Part shown: positions 16,042 through 25,717 of the stretch, piece after piece | Layout: every line of letters starts with the position of its first letter | How positions within the stretch are numbered: position 1 is the first letter of the stretch | Assembly: GCA_036561005.1 (NCBI GenBank) | Contig: DATBQE010000239.1 | Location: forward strand, 885-64,884 | DNA from: Burkholderiaceae bacterium | GTDB taxonomy: Bacteria; Pseudomonadota; Gammaproteobacteria; Burkholderiales; Burkholderiaceae_D | DNA: 64,000 nt | Direction of reading: 5' to 3' | Translations under genes and position numbers: made by a program | The notes under the pieces: model-generated | Databases searched by the model: none | What the model was told of the DNA's origin: nothing | The model's input: the letters and a program-made list of their open reading frames with translations, nothing else

Positions 16042-19000
16042 CTACTTGGCCTTGGCCACGGCCTTGTTCTGCGTCACCAACGGCTGCAGCGCCGGAATCA
16101 GGGACTTGAGCAATTGCACGGTCAAGGCGCTGGTGAAATTATAATCGGCCGCATATGGTTCGTGCACATAGGCCGTGATGGTGCCGAAGTATCTGTCGCC
16201 GATAAGGAAGACAAAAGTGGCGGAGCGGTTGACCGCGCGCGATTCGATGAGCCTGCCGCCCGGCGCATAGGTTTCGTAGCGCTGGTCGCCGGTGCCGGTC
16301 TTGCCGCCGATTTCGATGGCCGTGCCGTCCTTTTGCCCGAAGCCGTTGCGCAGGCGCACGCCGGTGCCGCCCTGCACCACGTCGATGAGAGAGCGGCGCA
16401 CGATGTCGGTCAATTCTTCCGGCAGCATGCGCTTGCCGCCCGGCGGCACCTGCGCGAAATGGGTTTCATACGGCGTGCCCTTGGCGAATTGCATGCCTTG
16501 CAATTTGCGCACCGGCATGAGCATGCCGCGATTGACGATGATGCCCATCAATTCGGCCAACGAGGCGGGCCGGTCGCCCGATGCGCCGAGCGCGCTGGCG
16601 ATGGACGGCGTCAACGCGCCGAAGGGGTAGCCCAGGCGGCGCCAGGCCGCGCCGATTTCCTGGAAGGCTTCCAGCTCCAGCAACTGGCGTATGCGCGTCT
16701 CCTGGGTGCGTTTGTTGTGCGTCTTGAACAGCCACTCGTAGACTTGCTGGCGCTCGTCGCGGCTGGCTTCGGCGCATTGGGCAAAGGTGGCGTCCGGGTG
16801 CGCGCGCAGATAGCCGACCAGCCACAGTTCAAGCGGATGCACGCCGGCCAGGTAGCCGCGGTCATTCAATGAATATTGCTCGATGCCGAATTTGTCGTAC
16901 AGGGTTTGCAGGGTCTGGTCGTTCAGTTCCGCTTCGGGGAATTCGGCACGCATCAATGCGCTGAAGCGCGCGATATCGGCTTGCGGTTCCAGGCTGCGGT
17001 AAATGATGGCCAGGCGCTTGGGGCGTGCGTGGATGGAATCGATCAGCATCTGTTCCGCTTCGTCGCTGTTCTTGCCCGCATACTTCTTGTAGAAGCGACC
17101 GAGAAATTCCTTGCCTTCCTTGTCGGCAAAGCGCGACAGCGCGGCGCGGCGCACGGTGTCGCCCGGCTCGGCGGCGTTGTTCTGGTCGTCGTCCCGATCA
17201 TCGTTGCCGGCGTTCTTCTTGCCGCGCTTTTTCCCTTTTTTAGCGGCATCCGCTGCGCTGTGCCGGGCCTCCCCGGCCGGTGTCGCGGGCCCCGCTGCAT
17301 CGGCCAGGCGCTGGATGTTGGCGCTGGAAGTCTTGAATTCGTAGTAGCGCACGATGTCGCGCATCAGGCGCACGAACACCAGATTGACGGAGTGCTGGAA
17401 ACCCTCGCGCACAGTCATTGTGCGGTGGTTCTCTTCGGGCTCGAAGTTTTCGAATTGCTGCTCGCCGCCGCCGGTGAAAAATACTTCCGCCGGATTGCCG
17501 GAATAGGTGCGCAGCATGGCCGCTTCCAGCGTATCGGCCAGCGTGCTGTGCGGGTTGGCGGCAAAATAATCGAGCGCCCATTTGCTCAGCACGTCTTCAT
17601 GGTCGACCGGCACGCGCGCCACATCGGCTGGCTCCATGTCGGCATAAAATTTGTGCAGGTTGGTGATGATTTCCAGGTAGGTGATCAGCGTGCGCAGCTT
17701 GGCCGTGGAACCGAGATTGAGGCGCGCGCCGCTGTTGATGTCGAAAGGCTGGTCGAGGTTGTCGGTCTGCACGCGCAGGAAGTTGGCGTCGGCGCCGCGC
17801 TCGAACAGGGTGAAGCTGAAGGTCAAGCGCCCCGGATTGTCGCCCGGCGCCAGCATGTTGTGGCCGAACAGCTCCGCCGCCTTGGCGTGGGCCGGGTCGC
17901 GCAGGTCGCGCAGCACCTGCGTCACGGCTTGCTGGATGTCGGCGTCGAGCGTGGTTTGCACCGACATGTCGATGCGGTCGAGGTCATACAGATGCGACGT
18001 GTGCAACAAGCCGGAAAGGTCGGCGCGCAGGGTATTGACCGCCTTGCGCGAGACGAACGAGCCGGCCGGCTCCGACAGCGCGCCCTGATACAAATCGAGC
18101 TTCAGCGGCAAGGCAGCCTTTTCCAGCGCCGGCGAGACGATGCCGGCCGCGCCCAGCAGGCGCAAATGGTTATTGGTCATTTGCATCAGGGCCGGCGCGC
18201 CTTCGCGCAGAAAATAGGAAGGGCGGCGTTGCGCAATCATCAACGACAGGGCCTGTTTATAGGCCAGCGCCAGCGCAGCCAGATGTTGCGCGTCTGTTTC
18301 CTTCGGCGCATTTTTCAGCAAGGTGTTGGTATCGGCAAAATCGCGCCCATACCAGGCCCACATGCCGTCGCCCAGCCCGTTGATCTCGCCATAGCCGGCC
18401 TTGGCCGTCAGCGGCACGGTGTTCAGGTAGGCCACCACGGTCTGGCGCCGGCTCGCCGTCGTGTCCGGCCCATGCAGGTAGGCGCGGATCGAGGCCGATT
18501 CCATCTGCAGCAGTTTTTCCTTGGCCGAGGTGGTGCGGCCGTCGGGCGAATGACGGTATTTTTCAATCTGCGTCACCAGCGTGCTGGCGCCGGGCGCTTC
18601 GTGCGAAGGGCTAATTGCGTGCAAGCCCTGATCGAGCACGGCGCGGTCGAGCCGGCTCCAGTTGACGGCCGGGTTGCGGTTGGGGTGCGCCGGGTCGAGC
18701 AATTCACGGTCTTCAATGAACAGCAGCGTATCGGTCAGCAATTTGGGCACGGCGTCGAAATTGGCGTACACGCGCTCGGGCGAACGCGCGCTGTACAACA
18801 GTTTCTCTTTGTTATCATACAGGTCGAGACCGGCCTGATCCTTTTCCGGATAGATGGGCGGCAATGGCAGGTTCAACAACTCGGGCGACATGCGCGCCTG
18901 CTGCGTGACGACGAAATTCTGCTGGTTCAGCAACTTGGTGTATTCGGGAATTTTGCTATAACCAAGCCGCTCGTCATAGGGCCCGGTTTTGGGAAAGCGG

Positions 19001-19275
19001 ATCGCCTTGCTCGGCCCCTCACCCATCTTGTAGCGCAACCCGGCGGCGATCCTGGAGAAATATTGGGCCTGGTAATGCGACGAGCGCATTTCGTGCAGCA
19101 CCATCCCTGCAGCGATGGCCAGCAAAATGAATAGGATGAGCAGGATCTTGAACTTGAGGGTGCGGAAAAAAGACACTATAGCGGCGCAGTCGGTGTTGAT
19201 GATGGCGATGATGACAAGAAAAGCTCTCCGGCTTCGCCCCGGTCGCATCGCGCAGCGGGAATGGAAGCCACGCAC
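16042..19275 (-). CDS. atypical large class-A penicillin-binding-protein-like protein (GT51 transglycosylase + transpeptidase motifs)
   Basis: 1077-aa ORF. GT51-like motifs are FIEDRELLDP, GASTLVTQIEK and AYLNTVPLTAKAGYGEINGLGDG. Transpeptidase-like motifs are STAK (SxxK), SVN (SxN) and KTGTG. N-terminal TM is KFKILLILFILLAIAAGMVL. It has a Lys/Asp-rich insert AAKKGKKRGKKNAGNDDRDDDQ. The start is uncertain (alternatives 19251 ATG, 19176 GTG). Confidence 0.75.
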   Translation of the reverse strand: MRGFHSRCAMRPGRSRRAFLVIIAIINTDCAAIVSFFRTLKFKILLILFILLAIAAGMVLHEMRSSHYQAQYFSRIAAGLRYKMGEGPSKAIRFPKTGPYDERLGYSKIPEYTKLLNQQNFVVTQQARMSPELLNLPLPPIYPEKDQAGLDLYDNKEKLLYSARSPERVYANFDAVPKLLTDTLLFIEDRELLDPAHPNRNPAVNWSRLDRAVLDQGLHAISPSHEAPGASTLVTQIEKYRHSPDGRTTSAKEKLLQMESASIRAYLHGPDTTASRRQTVVAYLNTVPLTAKAGYGEINGLGDGMWAWYGRDFADTNTLLKNAPKETDAQHLAALALAYKQALSLMIAQRRPSYFLREGAPALMQMTNNHLRLLGAAGIVSPALEKAALPLKLDLYQGALSEPAGSFVSRKAVNTLRADLSGLLHTSHLYDLDRIDMSVQTTLDADIQQAVTQVLRDLRDPAHAKAAELFGHNMLAPGDNPGRLTFSFTLFERGADANFLRVQTDNLDQPFDINSGARLNLGSTAKLRTLITYLEIITNLHKFYADMEPADVARVPVDHEDVLSKWALDYFAANPHSTLADTLEAAMLRTYSGNPAEVFFTGGGEQQFENFEPEENHRTMTVREGFQHSVNLVFVRLMRDIVRYYEFKTSSANIQRLADAAGPATPAGEARHSAADAAKKGKKRGKKNAGNDDRDDDQNNAAEPGDTVRRAALSRFADKEGKEFLGRFYKKYAGKNSDEAEQMLIDSIHARPKRLAIIYRSLEPQADIARFSALMRAEFPEAELNDQTLQTLYDKFGIEQYSLNDRGYLAGVHPLELWLVGYLRAHPDATFAQCAEASRDERQQVYEWLFKTHNKRTQETRIRQLLELEAFQEIGAAWRRLGYPFGALTPSIASALGASGDRPASLAELMGIIVNRGMLMPVRKLQGMQFAKGTPYETHFAQVPPGGKRMLPEELTDIVRRSLIDVVQGGTGVRLRNGFGQKDGTAIEIGGKTGTGDQRYETYAPGGRLIESRAVNRSATFVFLIGDRYFGTITAYVHEPYAADYNFTSALTVQLLKSLIPALQPLVTQNKAVAKAK

Positions 19276-19505
19276 CGATTGTAAGGGGTTTCCCAGTCAT
19301 TTTGAAGATTTGTCGCGTATGACCAACAGCGTTGGGCACCTACTTTCACTTCCACCCCGAGGACGGCCAGAAGATGTCTCCGTTTTCGCTTTCTCGGAAT
19401 GATTTTCACATGTTGATCCAACCAGCAATCAATTTTTCGGGATTTGCATCATGCCGCGCAATTCCTGGCTTAATATTGGGTTTCCTCAGGTTACGAAGAC
19501 TTATC

Positions 19506-22196
19506 ATGGCAAGAAGCTTTGTGCATACCGCTGCCGTTGCATTGCTTATATTTGGCACGGCATTCTCCCTCGGCGGATGCGGCGGCAATCCGGGCGAAGC
19601 GGCCGATGCGCAAAACAAATTGCAGGCCAGGCAACCCGGGCGCATGGCCAAACAGGCCGGCTCGCCGTATGCGTCCGCCGTGCAGGAACTCTATGTCGCC
19701 TATTTCGGCCGCCCCGCAGACCCGGCCGGCTTGACCAACTTCGCTGCGGCCCTGGCCGCCGCCAATGCGCCGGCTGACCTGCAAAGCCTCACCTCCGCCT
19801 ATTCGACCAACCAGGCGGTGCGCACGCTGATCGACAGCTTCGGCACCAGCAAGGAATCGCAAACTTTGTATGGCAGCGGCACGACGCAGGATTTTGTCAC
19901 TGCAGTGTTCAAAAACGTCCTTGGCCGGGCGCCGCAGCAGGCCGGGCTGAGCTACTGGTCGGATGCGATTGACAAGGGGTCGCTCAGCAAAGGCAATGCG
20001 GCGCTGGCCATCATGAACGGTGCGCTGACCAATACCACGGCGCAAGGGCTGATCGATGCACAACTGGTCAATAACCGGCTGGCTGTCGCGGCGAGCTTTA
20101 CCGCCCAAACTGCAAGCCAGGGGGCGACTTATGCCTACACCGGCGCCGGCGCGGCCGCCGCTGCGCGCGCCATGCTGAGCCAAGTGGACGGACAAACCCA
20201 GGTGGCGTCGTTCTCGCCGACGATTTCGACCACGATCACCGGCCTTCTGCACAGTGCACCCGGGGTATCGCTGCTGGCGGGCGATATTCGCCCCGGCAAC
20301 AATCAGAATGCGGCAGGCCCAATGGTGCGCGATAGCGTCGGCAATTTGTATGTGATCCACGATTACGTCATCGACAAAATCACGCCCGACGGAACCTTCA
20401 CGGTTTTTGCCGGCACTCCCAATGTCACGGGGTATGCCGACGGCACCGGCACAGCCGCAATGTTTAACTATCTCAATGGCATAGGGATCGACAGTCGCGA
20501 CAATCTTTACGTCTCCGACATGTACAACCACGTGATCCGCAAGATCACGCCGGCCGGTGTAGTGACAACTTTTGCAGGATCACAAATCCAACCCGGCAAC
20601 GCCGACGGCACGGGGGCGGCAGCGCAATTCGCCAATCCAGGCGCGATGGTGGTCGATGCTGCCGACAATATCTACGTGATGGACAATTCCTTGCGCAAGA
20701 TCTCGCCTGCCGGTGTGGTGACGACCGTCAATGGCTATGGCGGACCTTGCGGCAATATTGCTTTAGGATCATGCTTCGCACAAGTTGAAGCGATGACAAT
20801 GGACAGCTCCGGTAATCTCTATATCGCCGAAAGCTGGTTCAATACAGTACGCAAGATGACACGAGATGGCGCTGTCTCCATCATCGCCGGTGCACCCGGC
20901 GTACGCGGTATGACCGACGGCCCGGCAGCGAATGCATCTTTCGAACATCCACGAGCAATTGCCGTCGACAATGCAGGCAACCTATTCGTGGGTGATGGTG
21001 TTTACTATGATTTTGGCGCTCAATCGTTCAGCCCGGATCTTACGATACGCAAGATTTCGGTCGATGGAACTGTCTCTACAGTGGCGGGGGCCGCATCACC
21101 GTCCGGCGGATATGTCGACGGCCCGGCACAAATATCGCGCCTGGACGGCGCGTACGGCATGCTGTTCGACGCGCAAGGCAATCTCGTGTTTTGCGACGGC
21201 ATCGGCGCACTCCGCAAGCTGTCGCCGTCGGGAATCGTATCGACTGTCGCGGGTTTCTATGGATTCGTCGGCATTGCCGATGGACTCAGTGCGGCTGCCG
21301 GCTTCTACCAGCCCAAGGGCATTGTCGCCGACAGCGACGGCAACGCCTACGTGGTTGACAGCCGCAACGACACAATACGGAAGATCACGCCGGCAGGATA
21401 CGTGACCACGCTGGCGGGTACCGCGCAATTGGCCTTGTCCCGCGACGGTTCGCTCGCCGCCGCAACTTTTCTCAATCCTGTCGGGCTGGCGCGTGACGCA
21501 GGCGGCAACATGTATGTGACTGAAAACGGCAGCGTGCGCCGTATCAGCACAACAGGTACAGTCACGCAGTTGGCGACAGGGATCGACTTGACCATAGCCG
21601 GCAATCAATTTTATTTCTACAACCCATGCGGGATTGCAGTCGACCTATCCGGCAACGTCTATGCCACCGACACTACCATCAATGGCGTCATCAAGATCGC
21701 GCCGAACGGCACCGCTGCGCCGTTGGCAGGATTTTCTTCTATTGGCGGCTCGAATGATGGCACCGGCACCGCAGCGAGTTTCAAAAAGCCGAGCGGCATA
21801 GCGCTCGACGCCGCCGGCTACGCCTACGTGGCCGACACGGGCAACAACTCGATCCGCAAGATTTCACCGGCGGGCGTTGTCACAACCCTGGCCGGCAGCG
21901 CCGGCAATGCCGGCGCTGCAGACGGAGCAGGCAGCGCGGCAAGGTTCAATCAACCGATCGGCGTGGCGCTAGACCCCAGCGGCAACCTGTACGTGGCCGA
22001 CAGCGGCAATAACCTGATCCGCAAGATCACACCGGCAGGCGTGGTCAGCACAGTTGCCGGCACGACCAATGCCTACCGCACTATCCTCGGCCCCTTGCCC
22101 GCCGCGATCCAGAGCCCGCAATACCTGACCCTGGTCGGCGCCAAGACGCTGTACGTGACGGCTGCCAACGCCGTGGTACAGGTGAATTTGCCTTGA
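19506..22196 (+). CDS. DUF4214 + NHL-repeat lipoprotein (paralog 1)
   Basis: Met59 of the track ORF. MARSFVHTAAVALLIFGTAFSLGGCGG is lipobox-like. ELYVAYFGRPADPAGL is the DUF4214 signature. I count about 11 repeats of ..GxADGxGxAAxFxxPxGIAxDxxGNLYVADxxNxxIRKITPxG (NHL type). Confidence 0.8.
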   Translation: MARSFVHTAAVALLIFGTAFSLGGCGGNPGEAADAQNKLQARQPGRMAKQAGSPYASAVQELYVAYFGRPADPAGLTNFAAALAAANAPADLQSLTSAYSTNQAVRTLIDSFGTSKESQTLYGSGTTQDFVTAVFKNVLGRAPQQAGLSYWSDAIDKGSLSKGNAALAIMNGALTNTTAQGLIDAQLVNNRLAVAASFTAQTASQGATYAYTGAGAAAAARAMLSQVDGQTQVASFSPTISTTITGLLHSAPGVSLLAGDIRPGNNQNAAGPMVRDSVGNLYVIHDYVIDKITPDGTFTVFAGTPNVTGYADGTGTAAMFNYLNGIGIDSRDNLYVSDMYNHVIRKITPAGVVTTFAGSQIQPGNADGTGAAAQFANPGAMVVDAADNIYVMDNSLRKISPAGVVTTVNGYGGPCGNIALGSCFAQVEAMTMDSSGNLYIAESWFNTVRKMTRDGAVSIIAGAPGVRGMTDGPAANASFEHPRAIAVDNAGNLFVGDGVYYDFGAQSFSPDLTIRKISVDGTVSTVAGAASPSGGYVDGPAQISRLDGAYGMLFDAQGNLVFCDGIGALRKLSPSGIVSTVAGFYGFVGIADGLSAAAGFYQPKGIVADSDGNAYVVDSRNDTIRKITPAGYVTTLAGTAQLALSRDGSLAAATFLNPVGLARDAGGNMYVTENGSVRRISTTGTVTQLATGIDLTIAGNQFYFYNPCGIAVDLSGNVYATDTTINGVIKIAPNGTAAPLAGFSSIGGSNDGTGTAASFKKPSGIALDAAGYAYVADTGNNSIRKISPAGVVTTLAGSAGNAGAADGAGSAARFNQPIGVALDPSGNLYVADSGNNLIRKITPAGVVSTVAGTTNAYRTILGPLPAAIQSPQYLTLVGAKTLYVTAANAVVQVNLP

Positions 22197-22293
22197 ATTT
22201 TCCTTGAGCCTGCCTTGAGCCTGCCGTGAATCTGCCATGAGCCACAGCCTACATATTGAGATTGCCCCACAAAATCGTTCCCGGAAACCCGTC

Positions 22294-24990
22294 ATGCAAA
22301 GAATCGTCCGCCCTATCCTTCTAACCTGCCTCACCTGCCTGCTGGGCGCCTTCCTCAACGGCTGCGGCGGCAATTCGGGCCGGCCCGAAGCACAGAACAA
22401 GCACGCAAGCCGCGCAGTCAAGCAGGCGGCATCGCCCTATGCCACCGTGGTGCAGGAACTTTATGTCGCCTATTTCGGCCGCCCCGCCGATCCGGGTGGC
22501 CTGGCCAACTTCGAAAACGCCCTGGCCGGCGCCGGCGCGCCGGCCGGCATTCAAGACCTGACTGCAGCCTATGCAAGCAACAAGCAGGTGCAGAGCTTGA
22601 TCGACAGCTTCGGCACCAGCAAGGAATCGCAAACGCTGTATGGCAGCGGCAGCACGCAAGACTTCGTGACGGCGGTGTTTACTCATGTGCTCGGCCGCGC
22701 GCCGCTATCCGAGGGGCTGTCTTACTGGTCCGGCGCCATCGACAAAGGAACGCTGAGCAAGGGCGACGCGGCATTGGCCATCATGGCCGGCGCGCTGGCC
22801 AACACGACGGTGCAGGGACAGGTCGATACGGCATTGATCAATAACCGGCTCACCGTGGCAGCGGACTTCACCGCCGAGCTGGCGAACGGCAGCACAAGCG
22901 ACACCTACAGCGGCGCCGCGGCGGCCGGCACGGCGCGCAGCATGCTGAGCCAGGTCGGCGCGTACACCGACATTTCTCAGTTCGCAGCCGTCATCACGTC
23001 CACCATCGGCACCATCGCTACGAACTCTCCCGGGATACACCTGGTGGCGGGGGACATTCGAGCCGGGGTCAATTTGTTATATCCGACCGGCATGGTGCAA
23101 GACGCTGCGGGCAACATGTATGTAACGGACCAGACCAACAACACCGTCGACAAAATCACACCGGACGGCACATTGACGATTATCGCCGGCTCGCCCGGCG
23201 TGGCGGACTACGCCGACGGCACCGGCACTGCAGCGCGTTTCAACGCGCCATGGGGCATCGGCATGGACAGCCACGGCAATCTTTTTGTCGCAGACGACGG
23301 CAACGCCGTCATCAGAAAAATCACGCCTGCAGGCGTGGTAAGCACGCTGGCCGGATCGCCCAAAGGGTTCGGACAAAGCGACGGGACCGGCACTGCGGCG
23401 TCGTTCTTTACGCCGACAGGACTGGTGATCGATTCGCGCGACAACATTTATGTCGCCGACACCGAGAACAGCTATATCCGCAAGGTCACGCCTGCCGGCG
23501 TGGTAACAACTGTGATCGGAACCGGCGGGCCGTGCGACAGCATTCCCGCCCGAGGTTGCTTTGGCGCCCCCTTGGGCTTGACCTTCGACGCCGCCGGCAA
23601 TCTCTATGTGGCAGACTCATACTACGGCACCGTACGCAAAATGACGACGAACGGCGTCGTGTCGATCATCGCCGGCACGCCCGGCGTGCACGGTTTGGAC
23701 AACGGTGTGGGCGCTGCAGCGACGTTCAATTCACCGAGCGCCATTGCAGTGGACGCCGCAGGCAATATCTTCGTGAGCGATCCACCCAGAGTCGCCATGC
23801 AGTATTACGATATGGCGGATTTTACGATTCGCAAAATCAGCCCGGACGGCACGGTTTCCACCTTTGCCGGAAGCAAGTCAACCTTTACGCAATATATCGA
23901 CGGACCGCTCGCAAGCGCGCGATTCGGCTATGTCTATGGGCTGCTGTTCGACAAAAACGGCACCCTCTATATGGCCGACAGCACCTACAGCACGATCCGC
24001 GCCATGGACACGGCAGGAAACGTTTCGACCTTTGTCAGCCGATATGGCTTTCCAGGTTCGGCAAACGGAACCGGCCAGGCCGCCGACTTTTTTCAGCCGA
24101 CAGGCATCGTGGCCGATGCATCGGGCAATCTTTATGTGTCCGATACCCGCAACGATACGATACGTAAAATTACCGCGTCCGGAGAGGTCACGACCAAGAA
24201 CGGAGAAGTTCAATTTGGCATGGATTACTTCTATGGAACCCAAACCTTTGACTTGGCCGGACCGACCGGACTCGCCTTTGACCAGGGCGGCAATCTTTAT
24301 CTGGCCGATCACGCAGGCAACTCGATCCTCGTCGTTCCGCCCACCCCGAGTCTCCCGAGAATACTCAACAGGAACGCCTCCTCCGACATAGGCGGCAGTA
24401 CAAGCTATTTCCAGGACCCGAGCGGCTGCGCAGTCGACGCCGCGGGCACCATCTACCTGACCGATACGACCTCCGGCGATGTCAGAAAAGTGGCACCGGA
24501 CGGCAGTTCCACTCTCCTCGCCGGCAATCCGGGACACCCCGGCTCGGCCGACGGCAGCGGCATGGCTGCTGCGTTCAATGCGCCGACCGGCATCGCCGTG
24601 GACGCGGCCGGTAATGCCTATGTTGCCGATTCGGGCAACAACACGATACGCAAAATTACACCGGGCGGCGCGGTCACAACGCTCGCCGGCAAAGCCGGGG
24701 CCGGTGGCTATGCCGACGGCAACGGGACGGCGGCGGCGTTCAATAACCCGATTGGCGTGACACTCGACGCCGGCGGCAATCTCTATGTGGCCGACAGCGG
24801 CAACAACATCATCCGCAAGATCACGCCGGCCAGCATGGTGACAACCGTGGCAGGCACTTACGGCACCGCGCGCAACATACTGGGACCCATGCCGGGCGGC
24901 CTCTACAAACCGCAATACCTGACTTTCGTCTGGCCGAGCACGCTTTATGTCACCACGGCCAATGCCGTCGTGCGGGTAAATTTGCCCTGA
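22294..24990 (+). CDS. DUF4214 + NHL-repeat lipoprotein (paralog 2)
   Basis: Met20 of the track ORF. MQRIVRPILLTCLTCLLGAFLNGCGG is a lipobox. It has the same architecture as 19506..22196, with near-identical blocks (ELYVAYFGRPADP, LIDSFGTSKESQTLYGSG, C-terminal TLYVT.ANAVV.VNLP). Confidence 0.8.
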   Translation: MQRIVRPILLTCLTCLLGAFLNGCGGNSGRPEAQNKHASRAVKQAASPYATVVQELYVAYFGRPADPGGLANFENALAGAGAPAGIQDLTAAYASNKQVQSLIDSFGTSKESQTLYGSGSTQDFVTAVFTHVLGRAPLSEGLSYWSGAIDKGTLSKGDAALAIMAGALANTTVQGQVDTALINNRLTVAADFTAELANGSTSDTYSGAAAAGTARSMLSQVGAYTDISQFAAVITSTIGTIATNSPGIHLVAGDIRAGVNLLYPTGMVQDAAGNMYVTDQTNNTVDKITPDGTLTIIAGSPGVADYADGTGTAARFNAPWGIGMDSHGNLFVADDGNAVIRKITPAGVVSTLAGSPKGFGQSDGTGTAASFFTPTGLVIDSRDNIYVADTENSYIRKVTPAGVVTTVIGTGGPCDSIPARGCFGAPLGLTFDAAGNLYVADSYYGTVRKMTTNGVVSIIAGTPGVHGLDNGVGAAATFNSPSAIAVDAAGNIFVSDPPRVAMQYYDMADFTIRKISPDGTVSTFAGSKSTFTQYIDGPLASARFGYVYGLLFDKNGTLYMADSTYSTIRAMDTAGNVSTFVSRYGFPGSANGTGQAADFFQPTGIVADASGNLYVSDTRNDTIRKITASGEVTTKNGEVQFGMDYFYGTQTFDLAGPTGLAFDQGGNLYLADHAGNSILVVPPTPSLPRILNRNASSDIGGSTSYFQDPSGCAVDAAGTIYLTDTTSGDVRKVAPDGSSTLLAGNPGHPGSADGSGMAAAFNAPTGIAVDAAGNAYVADSGNNTIRKITPGGAVTTLAGKAGAGGYADGNGTAAAFNNPIGVTLDAGGNLYVADSGNNIIRKITPASMVTTVAGTYGTARNILGPMPGGLYKPQYLTFVWPSTLYVTTANAVVRVNLP

Positions 24991-25266
24991 ACGCAAGGTC
25001 CTGTGTCGGCATTGCCCAAGCAATTCACGATCGCAAGACAGGCATGAATGGAATTTAGCGCGACGTGCCTGTCGTTCGTGTGCCTGGTGGCGCCCACGAC
25101 GCATGCGGTGGCGCATAGCACGAGCTGACCACATTGCACAACAGGCTCTCTGGCTCCGCCGCCGTCGCCTGGTGCGGCGGGAATGAAAGCCAGGTCGCGA
25201 CTGACCGGTGCCTGGCGGCGCGTCAGGCGACGTGCAGCCACCAGGAACTTCACACAATGGCCGACG

Positions 25267-25713
25267 CTACAACACTTCCATGACCGTCAGATAAACGGTA
25301 TTCCCGTCACGATAGCCGTCGCTGAGAAACACACTGTCGTTGAGCCATTGCAGCGCGCCCGGCGGCGCGCAAAAACGCATGACCCCGCGAAAATACGGCG
25401 CAGCCTCGACCTCGCCGGATTTGGCCATGCGGCGAATGCCGGTGTTTTCGATCAGCAGCTTGCCGTGGGCGCCAAGATCCACTGCGTAGCGGGCGAGCAG
25501 CTCGATGGTGCCGTCCGGCCGCACGGCTTGCACGTCGGACCCGCCGGGCAGGATCGCGCCGCTGAAATCGGGACCGGTGAGTTTTCCGCCGACGATGGGG
25601 ACCATGCGGCGCTCCATTCCGCCCAGTTCGCCCAGCGTGATCGGCGCAGCCACAATCACTTCAATCTGCAGCGCCTTGCGCAGCACCGCCGGCTTGCTTG
25701 TCGTGGCGTGCAT
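25267..25713 (-). CDS. DUF3237 (UPF0311) family protein
   Basis: 148-aa ORF. RRMVPIVGGKLTGPDFSGAILPGGSDVQAVRPDG matches the DUF3237 pattern as I remember it. There is a 4-nt gap to the upstream monooxygenase gene. Confidence 0.65.
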   Translation of the reverse strand: MHATTSKPAVLRKALQIEVIVAAPITLGELGGMERRMVPIVGGKLTGPDFSGAILPGGSDVQAVRPDGTIELLARYAVDLGAHGKLLIENTGIRRMAKSGEVEAAPYFRGVMRFCAPPGALQWLNDSVFLSDGYRDGNTVYLTVMEVL

Positions 25714-25717
25714 GACC

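Noticed and set aside
16876-19134. 752-aa plus-strand ORF
   Set aside because: It is antisense to the PBP-like gene, which carries GT51 and SxxK/SxN/KTG motifs. Its composition is dominated by Arg/Ala/Gly/Gln/His.
19491-20531. 346-aa minus-strand ORF (and 23878..25257, 459 aa)
   Set aside because: Both are antisense to the NHL-repeat lipoprotein genes, whose repeats and lipoboxes are unambiguous.
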